Positions 11,206 to 24,530 of a stretch of 64,000 bases of DNA are shown in pieces (within the stretch, counting starts at the first letter, position 1; the number at the start of each line of letters is the position of its first letter). A model generated the notes under the pieces. The model ran no database searches. It was not told the origin of the DNA and was given only the letters and a program-made list of their open reading frames with translations. The stretch spans positions 27,900,001 to 27,964,000 of the forward strand of contig CM119373.1 of assembly GCA_051294905.1 (NCBI GenBank), in the 5' to 3' direction. Source of the DNA: Botryllus schlosseri. Taxonomy: Eukaryota. A program made the translations under genes and the position numbers.

Positions 11206-13413
11206 TAGGGGTGGTGTGAACCTCTGAAAGGTTCTGTGGAAACGCATACGTGAACTCATTATGACATTACGTGACGTCATATTGCTAACTCCTAACATGC
11301 ATTTCAGTGCAGTGATAATCTGTATTAATGTACAGTTGTGCAAGATACCTAGCGACGACTTGGAATACATAATGCCACAATGCTGAACTACACGTGTACA
11401 TTGACGTTTCAAACGTCGCCAAACGTATCAACCAGGGCAATCAAATCAGAGGTGGTCAAAGTAGTCAAGAAAGCTACTCGAGTAGAAGTAGAAGTAGCGA
11501 CGAGAAAATCTACTCAAGCACGAGTAGAAGTACTTCCTCCATAATCAACCTAAAACTACGTGAAGTAGAAGTAGAATTTGCTGGCATTAAATCTACTGAA
11601 GTAAGTAAGTAGTTTCGTAAACGGTCATAATACGTTCGCATGGACTTTCAAAAGTTGCAAATTAAGCAATGCGGAAGGTGCGGAGAGCTTAATGCACAAT
11701 GCACATTGATGTATCCCAGAAGGTACAGATTTCCGACAGCATGAGCATTCGATCGCATCGTGAGATGCAAATGATAGTTTTGCTATGGAAATGAGATACT
11801 AATCTTGTGTTTAAAACTCAAACATCCCGTTTTAGAAAATGTGATGCATGTTCCCTCACGCATATTACGACCTCTAGCTTAGTCGAAGAGCAATACGGAG
11901 AAGTTGTACGGATACGATGTTAACAATTTGCTCGATTCGCATACGATGATAAAAAATATGGTGTAACGTAAAAATGCCATAAAGTGTAATTGAATTTTAG
12001 GAAAATAGACTGCGATGCTACACTTAATTTTAAACTTAAAAATGTACAGTATGTTATTTATACAAAAGAACTGACACTAATTAGAACTCTAAGTAATGAT
12101 ACTGCGAATTGAACGAGAAATACCAATACTACATCAGAAAAGCGGAAAATGTATTTTATGTCTTTTGTCGAAACAGTTTTAACGGTTGTCTGCTATAACA
12201 GATCTAACGCTCAAAAACTGAGAGCCCACTTTTCCAGATTTGGACACGCCGTGGGCTGCTAGATTACGATATGATGGGTAAATGCATGCTAGATTGCGAA
12301 ACGGTAGTTTCAAACGTTATGATGGGCCATATTTACTGTGATGAAATATGTCATATGGGCGACAATGCGGTGCAATGCAACCTGCACCTAAATAATATTC
12401 ACTTCCGTGAAAACATATTTGTAACTTTATCTACTTGATGTGAATCGCGGCGGAAATTCTGGGTTTGATTAATTTTCTTAAAATTGAACGTTAGAACTCC
12501 ATAAAAATAGCCCGAAAATTCCCCAGTTTCTCTTTCTAATTGGAGGGTTACACTACTTCTACTTGACAAACTGAAAATAGCGAAAAGTAAGTAAGTAGAT
12601 CACAAAATATTACGAAGTAGAAGTAGCGAATATTTTATCTACTTGAGTAAGTACCAGAAGTAGAGGAAAACTACTCAAGTACTTCGAAAAAGTAGAAGTA
12701 CTTCGTTACTGACCACCTCTGAATCAAATGATAGAATATTCCCATAGAATCAATATCCTCCGTGACTTTGCCAACAATTTCGACGAGGACTTACAAGGGA
12801 ATACGCCTTAATGGTCCAGGCCAGACCAGACAATATATTCGGCGTCTGAGTATTGCTACGGTGATATTGAGCAGAGTGTAAAACAGGTTTCTATACTTTC
12901 CACCGATATTACCCCATTAACAAGTTATACAGCAGAAGCTAACACCATAATCGCACGCATTTGGTTTTTATGATGCAATAACCAATAAACATATGAATTC
13001 AAGATTGACCCAGTACGCCTGCTAGATTTTTTTTGCATCAGACTGCGATAGCAATTGCAGTGATTGGTTGAATAAGCGTCATTCGCTGTCTATCTAGTAC
13101 GAACATGTATAGTGTATTTCGCTCTTGATGTTGAGTCACCGAATTTTCACAAACGGGAAGCTGGATATTCCGAGCAAACGCACGCTCGTTTGGCGATGAA
13201 GTTTTATGCTGGTAGTGGCATGCGTAGATTGGCCCACGGTTGAAATACAGTAAATTACATCCGAAGACGTTACAATGAAATGAAAATTGTAGTACTTGAC
13301 ACAAAAGTTCACAGTGCAGAACCTACGAAGGTTCGTTTGTGAACGTCAACCTCTAAATTTCTGAGGTTCACACACAGAACGCAAACGTTAACCTCACGTT
13401 CACACCATCCCTA
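11206..13413. mobile_element. hAT non-autonomous element (family also at 59772-60695), interrupted by a nested hAT
   Basis: TIR TAGGGGTGGTGTGAAC / GTTCACACCATCCCTA. Perfect TSD ATAACTAC (11198-11205, 13414-13421). Once 11447-12729 is removed, the sequence is an inverted copy of 59772-60695. Confidence 0.9.
11447..12721. mobile_element. hAT non-autonomous element with AGTAGA-rich subterminal repeats (nested)
   Basis: TIR CAGAGGTGGTCA / TGACCACCTCTG. Perfect TSD AATCAAAT (11439-11446, 12722-12729). A second copy starts at 63562. Confidence 0.92.
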
Positions 13414-13678
13414 ATAACTACAGATTTACATCAGAAGTAGGATACAAGTCCATGTAATCTCAAGTTATAATTTCTCTCCTTTACCGTAAGAAGCTAAAGC
13501 AAATCCATATACATGCCACCAGTAGTAGAAAGCTGCATTGCATAACCCTACTCAGTACAATATACACTAGTGACTTCACTCTGGCTAATTATGCTTTCCT
13601 TCGCACCGATACTGAATCTACTTCTATGCAGTCACCTCGTAGATTCTATAAAGTCAGAGCTGTAAGTATCCCTTAGCT

Positions 13679-14938
13679 CAGAGGTCTCAAACTCAAATGT
13701 GGTGGCGGGCCGAATTCCTACTTTTTGATGGCGCCGCGGGCCGCAGCACAGATAATAGGAGAATTCAATGTATTACCAAGTAGGCCTTATTTGACGGGAC
13801 TTTGCAGATTAGAATTCCACACACATCGTAGAATGTGACTTACTATTGTGAAATCACGCCTGGAACGGAAAAATCACATTTTAAGATATGTGAATAAAAT
13901 TGTTGCCGTGCTTGGCATAGTTGCTGTATATTTAGTTGTGAACACCAAAACACAGTACAAATGCATCAAGACATCGTAAAAGGTGCCTTGTAAAATTTTT
14001 GAAGCTAGCGGACATTTGACGTGTCACAATTATAGGTAGAATATTTTAGAATATTACTGAGATTGATCTGATATCAGAGCATTGGAGCAGTACAGCCTAA
14101 TCCGGGTTTCGGACATGCATACTCCAGATTACTAGGCTATTGATCAAATCAGTACCAAAGTTAAATTACATCAGCGTTAGATTTATCCTCGAATATTGGA
14201 ACAGATCTATAACAACTTGAATATAATGATTACTGTGCCATAGCATTAGAAATGTCAAATCGCCGAAGAATCCATTGTTGTTGCAGCTGTGACGGCTACG
14301 ACTACTTTATACTCGCCACATTTAATTGGCGAGGATAACATGGATAAATATACCCAAGATGACACAGGATGTAACAAATTATGCATCAAGAGGGCAACAT
14401 CATGCCAATGTTTGCCATACCTATCTGCTTAGATATCCAAATAGCTACGCAACACAAGCTAAGACCTTTTGATATGTTACCATTCCCCAAACCAGTTTGA
14501 CAGTTTTTTTGCATCCGTGGTTCGGTGGCTGTACTAAGTCACGGCGTTCCGAGTCACAATAGTTGCTGCTCTGATTATAACGTTTGACGCGACTCAACTC
14601 GAGTCATTTTTATTTTAACACGCGTTGAGTGCGAGATCGAGGTCGCGCCTAAGTCCAAATCTCAATTTTCAGTGACGAATCATTAACGGGTCATGTTTTA
14701 CCATCATAAACAATTAGTGTGACGTAATAGTTCCTATTCCACTGCGTAGTAACTTTTGAAAGTGATGTAATAGGGAAGTTTGATAAGTGGTTTCAGGCTT
14801 CTGGAGAAGTTTTAGAGCGAATTTCCAGTTCTCAAATTCAACAAATAGACATTTGGCAGTTGAGGAATACTTCGAACTCCAAAATGCAGTCACGGGCCGC
14901 ACAAAACGGTCTCGCGGGCCGCGTGTTTGAGACCTCTG
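13679..14938. mobile_element. Charlie/Buster-type hAT deletion derivative
   Basis: TIR CAGAGGTCTCAAAC / GTTTGAGACCTCTG. Perfect TSD CCTTAGCT. GCGGGCCGC subterminal motifs and a decayed interior. Confidence 0.9.
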
Positions 14939-15612
14939 CCTTAGCTAAACGATCGTCGCTTCTCCATTATAACTGCAGCACGCACAGTCGCTCTACACAA
15001 ATTAATAGAAAGCTGAAAGTATTCATTGTATTTCATATTCATGAAAGATCACGAAAGTACAATATGTAAGGTCGCTAGGTACGCGTCGACTTTGTTAGAT
15101 AAAATTACACTAAAATTGCGAGTAAACTCATGATCGTATGAGAATTGCGTACCGCAAAAGTGCATCTGCAATGGGAGGAACTTCATAAATAAATATAGGC
15201 ACGAAAAGATAAACGATTGATTAGGTCGTGAACTTCAAACTGGAAAGAGGATACAGGAAACACTTGAGAGAGAGAAAAACTTAAAGTATACAATGACACG
15301 GAAACCCAATAACATGCAAATAGCTAAATTCCACGTACCAGATAATCAGCTTTTACGTTAGTCAATGTTTTCGCTAGAAACCCAGATGTCAATAGTGGAT
15401 TGATAGGAATAAACTCTAACCGTTACCTGGTGAATTTGATATGAAACTCATGCGAGAACTAATTTTATAACCACTATTTGATGATCAAACAGGAAATACC
15501 CTTTAATTTTGGTAATATGAAGTCGAATATATCGAAAAACTGTTTATCTTAGACAGTTGCGTGTGAGTTGAAGAAGTCGATAAGGTATAGAACCGCATAG
15601 AATTGAGCCGAG

Positions 15613-18600
15613 TTATTCGATTTGGTTGTGCGCATCTTCGACAATGTTCTCTGAAGCACTGCCCGTCGAATCGCTGATGTATCCCAAGTTATCAGCACCG
15701 TGGCAAGGCGCTGCATGATCATTACCTCCGGTATGCGTATCGCGAAAACCGCTAGGCGATGACACAGATTCCTCAGGTTCGCGAGAGTTACTGTGTTCAG
15801 ATTGTCGTCTTGATGGTTCCACTTCAACGATTTCAATATGGTCTGCTGTCATCGAGATTTGCACAAACTCTCTATTGTCAGTTTGAACGTTTGCGCCGTT
15901 ATTGTTATTAATATCATTATTGTTACTGTTGGTATCGTAACTTGGAGGTGGTAATTCTGTTTCCATGGACTGGTCGTTTTCTTTTAAGTCTTCGGATATT
16001 CTTTTCGACTTTTTATCTGTAAATACGTGACAGAGTATTGTCTCATTCATGCGGGCGTGCGATGTAGAGTAAGGCTAGGTTTATTGCATGGGTGTGCAAT
16101 AGGGCTGTTCAAAAATAACTTTTTTTCCCGGATTCCATCCATTCACTGATTAAATTGTCAGGTTACCTTAAAAAACGCTGCACACCAAATTTGGTTCGAT
16201 TCTAACAAGTATAGGACTCCGCAGATCCAATTAAAATTTTTAATTTATTATGGAAAATTGAAAAAAAAATTTTCCAAATTTTTTTTGCCAACCCCATGAA
16301 ATTGTTGAGCTGTCTTCAAAGACGTTGCAAAACAAATTTGAGTCAATTCCGACCAGTAGAAGCGGAGTTATGTGAGTTTTTCGAGGAGAATCCTCGGATG
16401 ATCCTTGATCGGTGGATAATCCGCGATTTATCAACGAAAAACTCACATAACTCCGCTTCTACTGGTCGGAATTGACTCAAATTTGTTTTGCAACGTCTTT
16501 GAAGACAGCCCAACAATTTCATGGGGTTGGCAAAAAAATTTGGAAAATTTTTTTTTTCAATTTTCCATAATAAATTAAAATTTTTAATTGGATCTGCGGA
16601 GTCCTATACTTGTTAGAATCGAACCAAATTTGGTGTTCAGCGTTTTTTTAGGGTAACCTGACAATTTAATCAGTGAATGGCTGGAATCCGGGAAAAAAGG
16701 TTATTTTTGAACAGCCCTAGTGTGCAACCATTTCGGCAAGGATCCATATGTTCTTAACGCGGTGACACTCCGAGACGTAGGCTACTTTTGCTTTCTCTTA
16801 GTTGCAAAGCCCAGTGAAATACTCGGAATTGTTGACGGGTATAGCGACACCTTTCTACACAATTCGATATAGGCCCACATATAACAGTTGTAAAGGCTTC
16901 ACGGAAATCAATAATACGCCTCACTCATACCCATTTTCTCCTTATTCTTCGTTACAAACTGTTCGTATGTAGGCAACACGAGGGATCCATTAGAAGTTGC
17001 GATGCTAAAATTATCCAAATCCAAGTCATCCGGTACTGTAAAATATTCAATAGCTCTTGACAATGTAAAATCCATTATGCGAGTCGTGAATCCGGGATAT
17101 CTACTCTCAAGGGTTCGCTATACGTTAAGGGTATTTTTGTCAGTAATATTAAATGATATTATGTTTCCGTATTATGAAATGCGGTGCTATAAAGCGCGTG
17201 GCTTCATATTCAGACGCTCAAGTTGGAAGACGGACTTTCAGCATTCCCGTGACCACATAACTGGCCACGGATTATTTTGTGGCCGGATATGAGGGATGTC
17301 ATGGCCCTCCATGAAAAACCGGCACGGCTGGCTACGAAACTTTCTTGACCTGCCATGGAAAACTCAGACATTCATTGCCAACTGAAATATACCAGCTGAG
17401 AATTAATGACCAGCACTGTCCGCGATCAAATCGTTGCCAAACATATGATCGTTGATCATTCTTGTACTTTTATGGGCATACAGTCGATAGCAATAGGTGA
17501 GCTCGAGAACGTTTTGGACCGTATATCAGCAAAATACCAAAAAATTGTTATACATTGTAGATGAAAATTCGCTGTGGCCGGCCAGAAAATTTGTGTCCAG
17601 TGGGTGGCCACGGGACCGTTAAGATCCCGTCTGCAAGTTGGTTGGAAATTGACGCATAAATATAACTGATGTGAAAACGCGTTAGCTAACATAAATCTGT
17701 CGTAGGCTAGTGATATGTAAAGATTTGGGCATTGCAATAGAACTAAGCTCCGGGCCAAAGTATGTGTGAAGTAGACATGTTTCAACTAATTTAGATAATA
17801 TTCTAGCAAGTTTACAGCTCGCGTTGTGAACCACACTGGGTCGTGGTTAAAAAACGCATCATAAAATTGGTTGTATTGCACCACCGGACACAATATCTAA
17901 TAATATTCCTACTCAAACGAATTACTAGTACAAACACTTTGTAATTCTGAATCTCAGTTTAATAAGCATAAACGAACATTTCGCCCATTTCCGATAGTCT
18001 GTCAATAGAAGCGATAATTTCAGGCAATTTTGAAGTGGTATCGATCGGATATGACAGAAGTAAACGTACTACAGCAAGTATCAGGTGTGGTCATCGCACC
18101 AACCCACAGAATACACATACAGTCCAACATTATGAGTGGTTTTAAAGTTACTAATGAAATCCCAATGTCGCTACGAGTACATCAAGTAAACAACAATTGG
18201 AAAATTTGTGCTATATGTAGTCCGCGTTGTTCAATATTTAGACGCGACCACTTTGTTAAGAGAAAAGTGCAGTTACTTTGTAATAAATATGATGAATAAA
18301 ATAATATCACTATCGATGACTTTGGACGTGATAAAGAACACTTTGAGTTGAATACTGACGAAACGGCGTGCCCTCCAGAATTACAGCTATAAAGGGGATG
18401 CAAATGAAGCCAGTGGCAATTTCTTCTGCAAAATTCAGCTCGTACACAAATACCAGTCGGAGTGAATAAGCCCTTTATTATGTCATATATATTACGCCTG
18501 GGATAAGTTGTATTAGGCTTGTGGAATAGATTGTCATGGAGTTTATATGTTCGCCACTTACCATGCCTTTAATAGCCAAACGTAGGTGGATACTTTGGAC

Positions 18601-21600
18601 GTTACAGCGTGCATCTTACGACTAACATATAATGGCTTATGCCACTAAATATTGATACAATTTCCGATGATATATTCATTTGCCACTATATAGGGGGTAT
18701 TTGACCCGGTCCTTATAACAATTGCACTCAAAACTACACTCTGCTTTGCAAAACTTACAGTGTAAAGTAGTAAAAATGCGTAACAAACCGAGTATGTATT
18801 ACTAAGAAAAAGTAGAAGTACCTCGTTTCTAACCCCTTCTGAATTGCGAGCATCAATTTCTGGTTTGGCTATACGTACTGTTTTCACTAACAGCGATGCA
18901 GGTACAATTCGATCGTAATAATATCTAGTTAAGCGAAGGGTTACTGCAACTATAGGCCACAACTCACACTCGAATCCCAGATTATCGTATGATGGCGGGA
19001 GGTCCGAGAACATCTGTCTGCGCCTTTCCTCGCGCCGATGGCGCCTGTGCGCTCTGCGCATTGCGTTAAGTCGAACCAAAGCTCTCCGGCGCTCTTGCTC
19101 GTATAATCTCGCGTATCTGTACCTGGAAATGCGAACAGAAATACAATTATTATGTAGTACAGGGGTTCTCAACTTCCCTTGTATAACGGTCCGCATTTTA
19201 ACGGCAAAAGACGCTGCGGGCCGCAGAACATTATTACCATGTATTTGTGGGCTACTATGAAATTAAGGATACTGTAGCCTATTTACCAGTCGCATGCGGG
19301 CCTTAAACCCTTCCACCAGAGAACCGAACCCTCTGCTTCAAAGCGTGAGCAAGCGAGTATGAAATTACGGTCACTTTTTCGTAACAGACGCCATTGTCAC
19401 ATTGAGTTCACAGTGATATAAGAAAAAGTCTGGCGTTCGGGGTCATTTCTGAGCAAACCGATCAACCCTTCTCTTTTCATTCCATAGCGGGGGGGGGGGG
19501 GGTCCTACATCATTAATCACATAAGTTAGCTTTGTCAAGTTGATGTTTTTCCGCTGGTCACCCTACCACGTTTGCCGAGGGGCCAGCATTTTCTCTGCAA
19601 ATATGTCCGCTCTGATAAAATGCACCCAGATAACTAGCTATGCAATGTCTGTGGAGTCGGTGAATTCGTCCAATGCTAGGCTAAAGTAGTCTACGCGGCA
19701 ACGTGTTTCAGAACATGCAATAAAAGATCGAATGACATAACTGTTACTCATTTGGTCACGGTTGAATCAGACAAATGTAGCTTCGAAATATGTCAGGTGG
19801 TGTTGTCATTGCTGCTAAATTCCGGAAACAGCGGATACCCGCAGAGTTTTATTGAAATCACACCTTCGCTAGCAAATTTCTTGGGTTTTGCTATATTCCC
19901 AGCAATTTTGAACGATGTGTCTGCAACGTCGTCGGCAATTTTACAATGCTTCGAAATATGGATTGCTGGGCTTGACATCTAGCTGGCAACGTTTTTCTAA
20001 GATCAGGCGATAGGTAGGCTATAATTCCAGACGAAACTGTCGTGGTATAATTTTAAGGTTCAACGCTTCGTTACGACTTACGAAATCTGTTTTTCGACAA
20101 ATATGGCACATCGGTTTTCCATTTATATCTGAGAAAGCAAATTCATCGTTCCACGCAGAGTTACAAACTCAGTGTACGCCGTTTAATTTACCATTCCTTG
20201 TTCTTGTTTCTGTTCAAACCATTCGCGGTGAGTGAAACACGCTCTTTAAAAAATGTACCACCTAGCGGGATTCTCTTGAACCAGAGTCAACCGAATACAG
20301 ATTCAAAACAATAACAATCTAAACTCGAGCATATATCAAGAAACCAGAACACATCAAAAATGAGTAATCAAACGAAACAGAGACGGTGCGATAAGATAGC
20401 TAAGCAGCTAAATCAATATGTAACAATATCGTGTCAGTAATAATTCGGGGTGAGAACCCCTGATGTAGGATATCAATTGATATTACATGGATTTGTTCTA
20501 GAAATGTAGAAATTGATGCATGATAGCATCAGCCTCGTTAGCAAGGGTGATCCGTAACAAAGGACGTCTACTTTAACTTTTTCGGAGTACTCAAATAGGT
20601 TTTTCACTCACCTCATAACATATTTCACGCAAACAACTTGGACCAGTGTTCAATGATATTCCGATGATGCGAAATAGAAACAAAATCTTTTATTCGATCC
20701 CGGTATGGAACACCGTAAAAGTCAACTCAGGGAAAGGCCCGGCTGTTATGTGCTAATATAGATGCCGGATCAGCGCACATCGGCGCATCTATACATACTC
20801 GATGTAACTGTAGTTTCCAAACTTTTTCGACTCATTGCCCCCTTTTCAAAATCCACACCGATCATCGCCCCCCAAATATTGGGAACCGAAAAATGGGCAT
20901 GAAAACAGTAATCAAAGGCGATTTGACTAAATAAAAGCGCAACTTTTCGGCTTGACCTCTAAATTGCACTTTTACAGATAAATTTTCGTGAGTTGACTAA
21001 AAAAAGTCATTTCTCCGACTTGACTCCAAGCCGTTTTACCGCGACATCACCCCCTTCGTCTGTTTCCACCCCCTCATCCCCCATCGTTATTTTTGCCCCT
21101 AGACCGCCAAATCGCTCCTGGACGGCGATATCACTCACGTTAGGAACCACTGCTCTATACATACTTCGATAACGGAATTACTTCCCTAATCATTCGGTAT
21201 GAACCTTGAAACCAGACACTTTGTCGAATGACATGATCAAAATGTACCATGCAAAACCGAGTCATCCACCCCAGAAGGGAACACCTCACACCTAGACATA
21301 GCCGACTTCGATCATGAAATCGCTACCTCAATCATTAAGTGTTGAAACGGTACAGTTCAGTGTTAAATGATATCATTAAGTTATACCACGCGAAATTTTG
21401 TGAGACATCCCGGTATGAAAAAAAAATCGAAATCAAACAGACCAAAATCGGCTTTTGCGCAAAACCACTGACGGGTCGACAGGGACAAATATATCAAAGT
21501 CACCAAAGTGCGAGGGACGTCTTTTCCCAATGTGCCCCAGATCATTTCTGAGTATACATACTGATATCTAGGCCTCATTTTGGGTTACAAATAATACTAA

Positions 21601-22792
21601 AATTAGGATGTCCTCAATTTGTGGCATATCGCAGCCGGAACATTATGCCGTGGCAGCCCTGCGCAGCATGATGGAGCATGGACCGGAGCCGAATTGGATT
21701 TCCGGACGGATTTTCTCATTGTTGGCTGGTGTCGCATTAGAGCCAGATCAGTACTTGTTACTAAGAATATGACAGCCTTATACTCTCTTCCACCATCGAA
21801 TCAATAGTTAAAGTGAAGCGTATATGGAAATAAACCATATGGTAAGTCCAAGTTGGCGTAATTACTTCAGATAAGGGTTGGGTTTGATCTTTGAGTTTTT
21901 AATGTACTGTTCGCATTGTTTTAATCAATATTTAATACTGTCCTGTGAGTAGATACTTACTACCGGAGTTGCTAGGGCACTATCACCGTCATTTCTACAA
22001 TCCGGCCTAAGAGTCAGACCGGAATCGCACCAGAGCTTTAAAAACAGGATCGGAGTAGGACCAGAGAATTTGTCGATCCAGTACGCAGTACTGCGCAGTA
22101 CTATCGGAACCTAGAGTGACGCGGGACACGCCGGCTAAGAACCCGTCTTAAAAACCATAGTGCACACTGTGCACAGGCTGCTTAAACCAAGAAAACCAAG
22201 TCATGACTATGCCTACAACTCACCTATTGATCGCCATGCAGCACGGTGCTAATCCCAACACAATCAACATGATTCCCGCATAAGTCGGGAACTGCTCGCC
22301 ATTGACCAGAAATATAACTCCCAGCAGAATGAACAGGAATCCGCTGAATATCCCGGTAATCAAATTCCCGACCCAGTGCTTCCGATAAAAGTCGCAACAA
22401 GAATAATTCCGCTCGCCCGAATCAGACAATGTTCTAATCTCGCGGTCCAAGGCATCGCTCGTGTCGCTTCTGGTATCGGAGGCTGCCGGCCTGGTAACGG
22501 CTAACTCGCCATATTCGACTTCTATGCTCATACTTTCTGTTCGTGGTCGAGGCACGGTACGTGCAGGCCTAGCCGTGTTTGCATTGCAGTTATTGGGCTC
22601 AATATTCGAGTCGGAAGCCTCGTTTTGGTTTATTCCTTGGCTTGCGCTTTGTACAGAGTTGTCCCGCGTGGTGTCTAGTACCTGGTTGGTCTCTGTGGTA
22701 GAAACGTCATTGGTTTCGCTTGACTGATTATTCGCGCTTGAGTTGTCGTCTTCGGTATTCTGGTTCGCGCGGTTTCCATATTCCACTTGCAT
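15613..22792 (-). CDS. Two-transmembrane protein with two PPxY motifs, 375 aa, 3 coding exons (22224-22792, 18968-19122, 15613-16016)
   Basis: Junctions are phase-compatible: AG|gtgagt to ttcgcatttccag|G, and T|gtgagt to gtatttacag|AT. Ser/Asn/Thr-rich N-terminus, hydrophobic hairpin WVGNLITGIFSGFLFILLGVIFLV...TYAGIMLIVLGLAPCCMAI, Arg-rich helix, LPPSY and PPPSY motifs, acidic tail. An alternative start at 22840 is possible. Confidence 0.8.
16100..16719. mobile_element. Young foldback MITE, near-perfect palindrome with arms of about 284 bp
   Basis: Arms 16100-16383 and 16435-16719 are almost exact reverse complements around a 51-bp spacer. Termini TAGGGCTGTTC / GAACAGCCCTA. Perfect TSD GTGTGCAA. 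Confidence 0.95.
19160..19740 (-). mobile_element. Decayed Charlie/SPIN-type hAT transposase relic
   Basis: Terminus CAGGGGTTCTCAAC at 19160. The minus strand of about 19560-19700 reads VDYFSLALDEFTDSTDIA*LVIWVHF, matching the hAT YFSLALDESTD..D.AQL motif. Confidence 0.65.
20808..21150. mobile_element. Charlie-type MITE (family also at 22897-24107 and 41702-42023)
   Basis: Ends CTGTAGTTTCCAAAC / GTTAGGAACCACTG. Body shares cgactcat.gccccctt, ccacaccgatcat and gccgtttta with the other copies. No clean TSD. Confidence 0.7.
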
Positions 22793-22896
22793 GTCTGCGT
22801 TAAAGGAAAGCTGGTTATGACATCGCCGTTTTGCTGGCATAACGTGACATATACGACAGGGATAAGGATTTTAACCTAATATCTATAGGCCTTGAC

Positions 22897-24107
22897 CAGT
22901 GGTTCCCAACCTTTTTCGACTCATCGCCCCCTTTTGAAGTTCCACACCGATCATGCCCCCCCCCCTCCAAAAATATTGGGAAACTAAAAACAGCACTTCG
23001 TCAGCCCCCCAAACATTGGTCTTAGGCACCATAAGGTGATAAACCAAACCCCAGTCCCCCTCAGCCAGTGGGCCTTTTGTCGCTACATACCAGCTATACC
23101 CTATTTCATGTAGTTTTTAGTGAGTCACGGTATTTCGACTAAACGCGCGAAGCGCGACAAATTTCTAGAATTCATGTTTGAATCGGTCAATATGGTCGGG
23201 AATTGCATATATATTGCCATCAATTTTTGTATCCTCTTTCTGCTGGCGTAATCAGATTTACTGGTAGAGCTGCCTGTGGTGTGCTGGAAAAGTTAGGACC
23301 GCTAAATAATAATTAAACATCTTCGGGCAGAATCGTTGTTATATTGACTTCACTACATGATGCTATTTCGTGACCTCTTATATCTGCTATGTCAGAAGAT
23401 ATGGAAATCGTCAAAACGTACCAAACTAAAAGACGCACTTGATTTCAAATTGGTATTTCTGCGCTGGCAAATAATTTTTTTCCTTGCGGGATGGCATTTG
23501 CCCTGTATGGTTAAGGTCGTCAGGACGAGAACATTCGACGCCAGCCATTGAGACGCCTATGGACAATTGAACATATATGTATATATATATCGAAGTTTTC
23601 AGTCAGCACAATGGCATTCCTTTTCGGCCAAGGCCTTCTCGCTGCTGGTCGTTCTGTCACACTTCTCGGATTCGCATGTTACATGACCTCTAACTTCATA
23701 TGTCTTGGTGCGTCGTGGCGCAGTAATGGCCGACACCGAAGTCTCCCATTTCCATAAATCATGCGTATTTTTGTTGGATGACGGGTACCCCAAAATCAAG
23801 ATATATGATATTAATAAATCGCGCCATGCGCGAAAAAATTCGGAAAAAGTTGCATGAATTCCTAAAAGATTTTGGGCCCCCCTCAAGTTCGGGCCCCACC
23901 CCCAACAGGGGAGTTTGGGATGCGGTAATTACGGTCCCGACTCCGAAATAGCCGTTTTATAACGCCATCGCCCCCTTCGTTGCTTTCGCCCCCTATCGCC
24001 CCCTTCGTCCGTTTTCGCCCCCCTATCGCCCCCTTCGTTATTTTCGCCCCCCTACATCGCCAAAATCGCCGCCTGGGGGGTGATATCGCCCACGTTGGGA
24101 ACCACTG
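22897..24107. mobile_element. Charlie-type MITE carrying a nested copy of the 3790-4950 repeat
   Basis: TIR CAGTGGTTCCCAAC / GTTGGGAACCACTG. Perfect TSD GCCTTGAC. About 23100-23937 is the nested repeat. ATCGCCCCC(T) subterminal repeats. Confidence 0.88.
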
Positions 24108-24199
24108 GCCTTGACGATTAGAGTTACACCGTCGGACTGAACAATGTATAATTGTAAATGGTAAAGGTGGGCTTACAATATTTTGGAAATCTAAAAAGA

Positions 24200-24530
24200 G
24201 AACACTTTTTCAGAAAAGTCAGACTTGCAAAACCGGAGGAGAATTCCCAAAACCGGTGAATTTTTTCCACTTTGTGATCGGTCGACTAAAAAAAAAAAAG
24301 GTCATCTTTTCGCTCGGAGCTAAAATCGCCGTTTTTCACTCCGAAATACCCGCCGGAGCGTCACTTCTGTGCTAATTTTCGGCATATCACTCGCAATTTG
24401 CTTTAAATCTGACCTGAATTTTCAAAAAAGAGGACAAAAGGGCGTCCTCCGAGGACACTTTCAAAAAAGTCAAAAAAGAGGACAAATCCTCTTAAAAGAG
24501 GACGTAGGTAAAGGGCGACAGACCACCTCA
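24200..24530. repeat. Degenerate MITE-like fragment with GAGGAC repeats
   Basis: AAAGAGGAC(A) repeated four times at about 24426-24505. Termini not resolved. Confidence 0.35.

Noticed and set aside
11447-11620. AGTAGA, GGAGCC, ATCCCGGG and CCGACT arrays as possible CRISPR or iteron arrays
   Set aside because: No constant repeat with unique spacers and no cas genes. The DNA is eukaryotic, and these arrays lie just inside TIRs flanked by TSDs (termini unresolved for the CCGACT array).
18645-19196. 183-aa ORF as a standalone gene
   Set aside because: Only 18968-19122 is bounded by splice sites and is protein-like. The rest is intron read-through.
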